Shown here piece by piece: positions 57,844 to 64,000 of a stretch of 64,000 bases of DNA; the stretch's first letter is position 1, and every line of letters starts with the position of its first letter. The DNA comes from Bdellovibrionales bacterium (lineage in GTDB: Bacteria; Bdellovibrionota; Bdellovibrionia; Bdellovibrionales; UBA1609), in NCBI GenBank assembly GCA_965203095.1, contig OZ241877.1:1056001-1120000 (forward strand), in the 5' to 3' direction. Below the pieces are notes generated by a model. The model made no database searches, was not told the DNA's origin, and saw nothing but the letters and a program-made list of their open reading frames with translations. A program made the position numbers and the translations under genes.

Positions 57844-58914
57844 TTATTTAAGTTTTCGAAACTCATCAATGCTGATAAGCTTTCCCTTTCTTTTTACACT
57901 CCAAAAAGCCCAACCATTATGGCTGGCTTTGTTTAATATTTTAGCACTGACTTGGTGAATGGAGCCAAAAAATTTTCCGTTTCTTAATGTTCCATCAGCC
58001 ATAACTGTCGCACAATGCTTTTTGTCTTTTGAATATAGTGTTTCGCCGGTTTTTATAGACTGGCTTTCCACCAACTGGCCAAAAACAATTTTAGGTGAGG
58101 TCTGTTCTTGATATAAAAAAGTGAGTTGTTTATCATAAAATTTAACCTTTTTTATTCTCTCCCTGGCTATTTTTACATATTTTTTTTCTCTCTCAAAGCC
58201 TATAAAATTCCTGTTCAGCATTTTGGCCACAGCCCCTGTAGTGCCGGAACCAAAGAAGGGATCTAAAACCACATCTCCCTCTTTTGAACTGGAAAGGATC
58301 ACTCGCCTTAAAAGCTCTTCTGGTTTTTGTGTGGAGTGGGCTTTTTTGCCTTCATTGTTTTTTAGCCTTTCATGGCCACAGCAGATGGGCAAACACCAAT
58401 CACTTCGCATCTGTTTATCATCGTTAAAAGCTTTCATGGTTTTGTAATTAAAAGCCCCTTTGGCATTTTTAGATTTACTGGCCCATATTAAAGTTTCATG
58501 AGCATTAGTGAATCGAGCCCCTCTAAAATTAGGCATAGGGTTGGTTTTAATCCAGATCACATCGTTTAAAATCCAAAAACCTAAGTTTTGTAAAATGGAT
58601 CCTACCCTAAAAATATTGTGATAAGAGCCTATCACCCACAAGGTCCCGGAAGTTTTTAGCACTTTTTTACACTCTTCAAGCCAAGATTTTAAAAAACAGT
58701 CGTAATCTTTAAAGCTTGCAAATTGGTCCCAATGATCTTTTACACCGTTAACTTTTGTCATGTTGGGCCTAAAAAGTTCTTGCTGGAGTTGTAAATTATA
58801 AGGAGGGTCGGCAAATATCAAATCAACAGATTCTATTGGCAATTTTTTAAGCTCTTTAACACAGTCCCCAGGAATAACTTTATTTAAAAAAGGGGCCAAC
58901 TGGGATTTACTCAT
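57844..58914 (-). CDS. CcrM/M.HinfI-like adenine DNA methyltransferase
   Basis: FADPPYNLQL, WVIGSYHNIFRVG, NPMPNFRGARFTNAHETLIWA, DPFFGSGTTG, C-terminal GSIHQV...NGWAFW. Confidence 0.9.
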   Translation of the reverse strand: MSKSQLAPFLNKVIPGDCVKELKKLPIESVDLIFADPPYNLQLQQELFRPNMTKVNGVKDHWDQFASFKDYDCFLKSWLEECKKVLKTSGTLWVIGSYHNIFRVGSILQNLGFWILNDVIWIKTNPMPNFRGARFTNAHETLIWASKSKNAKGAFNYKTMKAFNDDKQMRSDWCLPICCGHERLKNNEGKKAHSTQKPEELLRRVILSSSKEGDVVLDPFFGSGTTGAVAKMLNRNFIGFEREKKYVKIARERIKKVKFYDKQLTFLYQEQTSPKIVFGQLVESQSIKTGETLYSKDKKHCATVMADGTLRNGKFFGSIHQVSAKILNKASHNGWAFWSVKRKGKLISIDEFRKLK

Positions 58915-59041
58915 ATTATCAATTTACAATATATAGGGATTTTCCCGATTCACTTTGTGGTTTTTTCAATAGTCTGTTGAATTTCAGCCTAAAGACCTGC
59001 TCTTTTGCTTATGCGATCTAATGAGCAGGGGTTTTCGGATA

Positions 59042-59174
59042 TGGATTCCCGTTTTCACGAGAAAGACTACTAAGCAAGGGAATGACTTGTTTTTACGGGA
59101 GCCAGAAAGCCCGGGGGACTTTCTGGCAAACTTTACAGGAAGACCCTCCCATTTCCATGAAAAAGACTACTAAG
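59042..59174 (-). repeat. REP/dRS3-like composite repeat cluster
   Basis: TGGATTCCCGTTTTCACGAGAAAGAC, GGGAATGAC, hairpin GCCAGAAAG...CTTTCTGGC, direct repeat AAAGACTACTAAG at 59062 and 59162. Confidence 0.8.
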
Positions 59175-59176
59175 AT

Positions 59177-60190
59177 TTAGTATAAATTTTCTTCCCATAG
59201 ATTTAACAGATCTTTTTTTTCCTTAATAAATTTGTCCAGTTTATTATAAGAGATAGGTTTTATTTCTCTATGGCTCAAGATTTTATGATTCATCCCCTTA
59301 GAGACAGGAAACATGTAATGAGTCTCTAAAATCAGTTTTTGAATTTTTTTTGAAAGCAAAAACTGAGCTAACTCAAAAGCCAATTTTTTGTTTTTTGAAT
59401 ATTTAGAAATAGATAGAAACTCCACTTGATAAGGATGTCCCTCTTTAAAGTAGGAAAAGAAGTAAGACCCTTCCCCCTCCTTTTGATGATAGATAAGAGA
59501 GCTTAAATAAGAAAGCCCCAACTGGCTTTGTCCTTTTTGAAAAGCCCCATAAGATAGAGACCAAGAAAACAAAGGCCCATAAATTTTGCTTTTCATCTGT
59601 TTTAAAAAATGAGCTATTTGCTTTTTATCCCCCTGCATGACCTCATAGATCCAATAATAAAATTGAAGCCCTAATGAGCTGGAGCGAGGTTCAGGAAAAG
59701 TAATAGGGCCTTTTATCTTATAGAGGGATTTCAAGCTTAAAGGTATTGAGATAGGCTTTTTGTGCAAAAAACCAATGGGGGACCAATCTAAGGGAAGAAA
59801 ATAAGGATGGTGTGAAAAATGATTCCAAACAGCCGAAGATGAGATAAGCTGGTTTTTTAAACTGGAAATATCCTCCCATTGTTGGCTGGGGGCTGTTATC
59901 AATGTGATCTGATCCCAACCTATTACAATGTCAATATCAGGCACAATAGCCCATCTCTGCTTAAGGGCTGTGGAATCCTCTGTCAAAAACCATTGTATTT
60001 GGCATTTACAAAATGATTCAAAACTCTGCTGAATGATTCTTCCCGGCCCCAAAACTCCCACAAAAGAGCTGTAGGTTAAAATTTTTAAGACCGGCAGGCG
60101 AGGGCTTTTTGGCCAAAAACAAAACAAAAGAAAAAAGAGAAGAATAAGAGGGAAAAACCAAAAATAAAACTTTCTCGTTTGCAAATTCAT
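59177..60190 (-). CDS. thiB: Thiamine ABC transporter substrate-binding protein
   Basis: LTYSSF..GPG, FESFCKC, PRSSSLG, WSLSYGAF, LSYLSS..YH, HPYQVE, MFPV. Confidence 0.78.
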   Translation of the reverse strand: MNLQTRKFYFWFFPLILLFFLLFCFWPKSPRLPVLKILTYSSFVGVLGPGRIIQQSFESFCKCQIQWFLTEDSTALKQRWAIVPDIDIVIGWDQITLITAPSQQWEDISSLKNQLISSSAVWNHFSHHPYFLPLDWSPIGFLHKKPISIPLSLKSLYKIKGPITFPEPRSSSLGLQFYYWIYEVMQGDKKQIAHFLKQMKSKIYGPLFSWSLSYGAFQKGQSQLGLSYLSSLIYHQKEGEGSYFFSYFKEGHPYQVEFLSISKYSKNKKLAFELAQFLLSKKIQKLILETHYMFPVSKGMNHKILSHREIKPISYNKLDKFIKEKKDLLNLWEENLY

Positions 60191-60250
60191 GTTTTTATTG
60201 AGTGCTTTAGTAGCAATGTCCAGTTCATTATATAGCTCAATAGAAATATC

Positions 60251-62338
60251 TTATTGGGATTTTCCGATCCGTTTTAAAAATGTTTCCCAAGAAAGAATAG
60301 GGATTTTTAACTCCTGGGCTTTTTTTTGTTTAGAACCGGGGTTATCTCCCATAAGAAGAAAACTGGTTTTTTGGCTGACCTGGCTCCCTACCGTCCCCCC
60401 TCGATTTTCAATCCATTTTTTAATTTTTTCTCTATGTTCAGGAAATGTGCCTGTAATAACATAAGAAAGCCCCTTTAAACTCTCCTCTTCCTTTTTTAAT
60501 TTAACAAAATGAACCCCATGCTCTGCCAGCCTTTTCAGATCGGAGATGAGATCTTCATTTTGAAAAGCAAAGTGAAAGGATCGGGCAGACAAAGGCCCAA
60601 TGTCCTCAACCTTTTCCAACTCTTCTATAGTCCAGTTTTTTAGCCAAGTGATGGCTTGCCTGAGGCTCAACTCTTTCTCCCCCCATGTTTCATAAATGAC
60701 TTGGCTGATTTTTTGAGCTGATTGCTCCCCAATCAAAGGGATGCCTAAGGCAAAAATCAAACGGGGCAGACTGGTGGATTTGCTCTCTTCCAAACTTTTC
60801 ACTAAAAGTTTGTGAGATTTTTCTCCGAAACCCTCTTTGTTTTGGATGGGCTTATCTTTTAAATCATAAATATCTGAATAACAATTTAACCAGCCCCAAT
60901 CATAGAATTTTTTAAGGCTTTTCTTCCCTAAGAACTCTATATTCATAGCTCCCTTAGAGGCAAAATGTCTAAATTTGTTTTCTTTAATTGCAGGACATTC
61001 CCCATTGGAACAAAGTAGATAATCCCCTTGAGCTTTTAAAACACTTTGGCAAACAGGGCAATTTTCCGGTGGAGGAAAGGTTTTTAAACCTTTTGCTCTT
61101 TTGTCCTTAAGAGCTTTAATCAATTCGGGAATGACATCCCCTGCACGGTGAACCCACACAAAATCTTTTATGCGAATGTCTTTTCGTTTTAGATCTTGGA
61201 AGTTATGCAAACTGGCTTGACGAATTTGCACCCCGCTTAAAGTCAAAGGTTTGAGCTGAGCTACAGGAGTCACAACACCAGTCCGCCCCACTTGTAAACG
61301 AATATCCTCTACTTGAGTGATCCCTCTTTCTGGCGGAAATTTTCCAGCTATAGCCCAGCGGGGGGAACGAGCAATGGCCCCTAACTCTTTTTGTTGTTCA
61401 AAATCATTGACTTTTATAACTATTCCGTCAATTTCAAAGGGGAGTTTATGGCTCAACTCTAAAAGCTGATCATAGCTATCCCCAATCTCCTCTATGGAGT
61501 GAGTGAGACGGCAAAGTTCTAAAGGAGGCTTAAGCTTTTTTGAAGAGCTGATTTGAAAAGAAGCGAAGGAAAAATTTTGAACCCTCCGGACAAACTCTTC
61601 TTGGCTTTTAATATTCAAACCCTGAATACGGCCCGGACTGTGGATGAAACAATAAAGAGGCCGACTGGCTGTCACTTGAGGATCTAACTGCCTTAAAGAA
61701 CCTGCTGACAAATTGCGAGGATTGGCAAATAAAGAGAGGCCCTTCTCCTTTCGTGAAATATTAATTTTTTCAAAATCTTTCTTAAAAATTAACACCTCTC
61801 CTCTAAATTCTAAAAGAGGGGGAAGCGATCCATCCCCCCTTTTTGTTGAAGGCAGAGGCTTGTCTAAACTGAGAGGAAGCCCTTTCAGGGTTTTGATGTT
61901 TGCGGTAATGTCCTCACCCAGCCTCCCATCTCCACGGGTTAAGGCTTGGCTGAGTTGGCCATTTTTATAGATCAACTCAACAGCCATGCCATCCAACTTA
62001 GGCTCTACAAAACAAGTGAGACTTTTTTTATTTAAAAATTTTAAGGTTTTTTCGTAAAAAGCTTTTATCTCCTCTTTAGAGTAGCTGTTTTGTAAAGACA
62101 GCATAGCCAAGCCATGAGGGGCTTTTTTAAATTTTTCCAAAGCCTGCCCAGGCATTTTTTGAGTGGGGGAATCCTCTGTTTTAAGCTCCGGGTATTGGTT
62201 TTCTAAGTGAGCCAGCTTTTTAAACAGCTGGTCGTATTCATAATCCGTTATTTCTGGTTGATCCAAGTTGTAGTAAAGTCGGTCATGATGGCGGATTTGC
62301 TGTTTTAAAGCCTGAATTTTTTTTTGGATAGATTTCAT
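60251..62338 (-). CDS. ligA: NAD-dependent DNA ligase
   Basis: EPKLDG, TRGDG, FANPRN, IDGIVIK, QVGRTG, Zn finger, BRCT. Confidence 0.98.
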   Translation of the reverse strand: MKSIQKKIQALKQQIRHHDRLYYNLDQPEITDYEYDQLFKKLAHLENQYPELKTEDSPTQKMPGQALEKFKKAPHGLAMLSLQNSYSKEEIKAFYEKTLKFLNKKSLTCFVEPKLDGMAVELIYKNGQLSQALTRGDGRLGEDITANIKTLKGLPLSLDKPLPSTKRGDGSLPPLLEFRGEVLIFKKDFEKINISRKEKGLSLFANPRNLSAGSLRQLDPQVTASRPLYCFIHSPGRIQGLNIKSQEEFVRRVQNFSFASFQISSSKKLKPPLELCRLTHSIEEIGDSYDQLLELSHKLPFEIDGIVIKVNDFEQQKELGAIARSPRWAIAGKFPPERGITQVEDIRLQVGRTGVVTPVAQLKPLTLSGVQIRQASLHNFQDLKRKDIRIKDFVWVHRAGDVIPELIKALKDKRAKGLKTFPPPENCPVCQSVLKAQGDYLLCSNGECPAIKENKFRHFASKGAMNIEFLGKKSLKKFYDWGWLNCYSDIYDLKDKPIQNKEGFGEKSHKLLVKSLEESKSTSLPRLIFALGIPLIGEQSAQKISQVIYETWGEKELSLRQAITWLKNWTIEELEKVEDIGPLSARSFHFAFQNEDLISDLKRLAEHGVHFVKLKKEEESLKGLSYVITGTFPEHREKIKKWIENRGGTVGSQVSQKTSFLLMGDNPGSKQKKAQELKIPILSWETFLKRIGKSQ

Positions 62339-62415
62339 CAGCTCTATTGTTTAAATTTAGTCCATGACATTTTAATAGGTTGTTTTTCAAACAGAATCAG
62401 TATAAAGTAGCCTTT

Positions 62416-62703
62416 ATGGAAATCAATAACAAACTTTTAGAAAAACTGGCTCAGCTCTCCGCTCTTCATTTAAGTGAAGAGGAAAAGCAGGACATGCGAC
62501 AATATCTTCAAGAAACCTTATCTCATTTTGAAAAGATAAGAAAAATAGACACAAAAAATATTCCGCCTTTAGTAAGCCCACTTAAGCCCCCTTTGTTAAT
62601 CCGAAAAGATCAAGTCCAAAACTTTCCCGAAAAGGAAAAGCTTTTGGCTCAAGCTCATACAAAACAAGGAGCTTTGGTTAAAACCCCTCCTGCGGTGGAG
62701 TAG
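62416..62703 (+). CDS. gatC: Asp/Glu-tRNA amidotransferase subunit C
   Basis: EKLAQLSALHL, IDTKNIPP, IRKD; directly upstream of gatA. Confidence 0.85.
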   Translation: MEINNKLLEKLAQLSALHLSEEEKQDMRQYLQETLSHFEKIRKIDTKNIPPLVSPLKPPLLIRKDQVQNFPEKEKLLAQAHTKQGALVKTPPAVE

Positions 62704-62704
62704 T

Positions 62705-64000
62705 ATGGATTTTTTCAGTCTCAGTGAAATTCAAAAACAAATAAAGGAAAAAAAACTTTCTGCAAAAGAGGTTTTTGATTTTTATTTAAAAAAAATCAAT
62801 AAACACAACGGGGATCTGAACGCCTTTTTAACTTTAAATGAAAATTTCACAGAGGCAGAAGGCCCTTTAAAAGGCATTCCTTTAGGTATTAAGGATATGT
62901 TTTGTGTAAAAGGCATGAGGACAACTGCTGGATCCCGTGCTTTGGAAAATTATATCCCCCCCTATACAGCCACTGCTGTGGAAAAGCTGAAAAAAGCCGG
63001 AGCTTTAATTATTGGCAAATGCAACAATGATGAATTTGCTATGGGATCTACAGGGGAAAACTCTTATTTTGGCCCGGTGAAAAATCCTTGGAACCGTCAG
63101 CATTCCGCTGGTGGATCCAGCAGTGGAAGTGCCTGTGCCGTAGCCGGAGGGCTTTGCCCTGCCACTTTGGGCACAGATACTGGTGGTTCTGTTCGCCTTC
63201 CGGCCCATTATTGCCATGTGGTGGGAATTAAGCCGACTTATGGACGAGTGAGTCGCTATGGGATGATTGCCTATGCCTCCAGTTTGGATCAGGCAGGGGT
63301 TTTAAGCCAAACAGTTGAGGATTCCGCTCTGCTTTTAGACATTATCAGTGGCTTTGATCCTTTGGATTCCACAACAGCTCAAAAACCCGCCACTCATTTT
63401 CAGAACAATCTCAACCTGCAAATCAAAAACAAAAAAGTTTTGTTTTTTGATTTATCTCATTTTGAAGACAAAATAGATACTTCTGTCCTGCGGGCACAAA
63501 AAACCTGTTTGGAGATATTAAAAAGTCAAGGTTGCGATCTGGTGGAACGCCCCTGGCCTTTTTTGGAACAGGGGATCTCTGCTTATTACTTGATCTCTGC
63601 CTCTTCTGCTTCCAGCAATTTGGCCCGTTATGACGGTGTTCGCTATGGTCATCAGAGTATGAAAAAAGCAAAAAATCTTCAGGAGTTTTATGCCTTAAAT
63701 CGCTCAGAGGCTTTGGGTTTAGAGGTTCGCCGGCGGATCCTTATGGGGACTTTTTGCCTTTCCACTGGTTATTACGAAGAGTATTTTCATAAAGCGGAAC
63801 AAGTTCGCTATCTGATTCAAAAGGCTTTTGATGAAATATTTTCTCTATGTGATGTGATTCTTTCTCCTGTGGCCAGTGCTCCGGCCCCTCTTTTAGGGGA
63901 AAAGAAAAGCCCTTTGCAAATTTATCTGAATGACCAATTCACTGTATTTGCCAATCTCATAGGGGCACCGGCTCTTAGTTTGCCGGCAGGTTTTTCTAAA
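62705..64000 (+). CDS. gatA: Asp/Glu-tRNA amidotransferase subunit A (runs off the window)
   Basis: Translated by hand from ATG 62705: GPLKGIPLGIKD, GKCNNDEFAMGS, GGSSSGSA, GTDTGGSVRLPA. Confidence 0.95.
   Translation, partial: MDFFSLSEIQKQIKEKKLSAKEVFDFYLKKINKHNGDLNAFLTLNENFTEAEGPLKGIPLGIKDMFCVKGMRTTAGSRALENYIPPYTATAVEKLKKAGALIIGKCNNDEFAMGSTGENSYFGPVKNPWNRQHSAGGSSSGSACAVAGGLCPATLGTDTGGSVRLPAHYCHVVGIKPTYGRVSRYGMIAYASSLDQAGVLSQTVEDSALLLDIISGFDPLDSTTAQKPATHFQNNLNLQIKNKKVLFFDLSHFEDKIDTSVLRAQKTCLEILKSQGCDLVERPWPFLEQGISAYYLISASSASSNLARYDGVRYGHQSMKKAKNLQEFYALNRSEALGLEVRRRILMGTFCLSTGYYEEYFHKAEQVRYLIQKAFDEIFSLCDVILSPVASAPAPLLGEKKSPLQIYLNDQFTVFANLIGAPALSLPAGFSK

Noticed and set aside
60191..60250. 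TPP riboswitch before thiB
   Set aside because: The gap is only 60 bp and lacks the CTGAGA and other TPP motifs
1..64000. tRNA, rRNA, integrase or transposase genes
   Set aside because: None recognised by eye; tRNAscan-SE, Infernal and ISEScan would be needed to exclude them

Overview
64-kb AT-rich bacterial chromosome segment. Gene content (RomR-like regulator followed by nadC-like and birA, CglB-like vWA lipoprotein, many Cys-rich exported proteins, ankyrin protein) suggests Bdellovibrionota, possibly host-associated; this is inference. The housekeeping backbone (uvrD/pcrA, cyoE, purN, hup, mlaEFD, groESL, fur, rpe-fmt-def, bamD, hpt, gdhA, pyrD, thiBPQ, ligA, gatCA) is interrupted by four DNA-modification/defence insertions. 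(1) 1-2.4 kb: MTase end, GIY-YIG restriction endonuclease, AlbA/HATPase protein with a duplicated HTH, and a DUF4011 helicase stump. (2) 15.1-17.7 kb: frameshifted MTase, GNAT fragment, a 16x20-bp tandem array between 9-bp direct repeats, and an ATPase-wHTH gene. (3) 44-54.3 kb island: repeat array at the boundary, AlbA/HATPase protein, REP cluster, two MTase-like genes plus a MORC-like GHKL ATPase with no recognisable nuclease, zeta toxin plus an unannotated small ORF, and a type II R-M pair. (4) An orphan CcrM-like MTase and an ankyrin gene inside thiBPQ. Also present: a GNAT/ATP-pyrophosphatase cluster with a G14 tract, a caspase/CHAT-like HEAT protein, a dRS3/REP-like repeat family and a small MITE-like element. 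No rRNA, tRNA, CRISPR array or transposase was recognised. All calls come from motif recognition by eye; no database searches were run.
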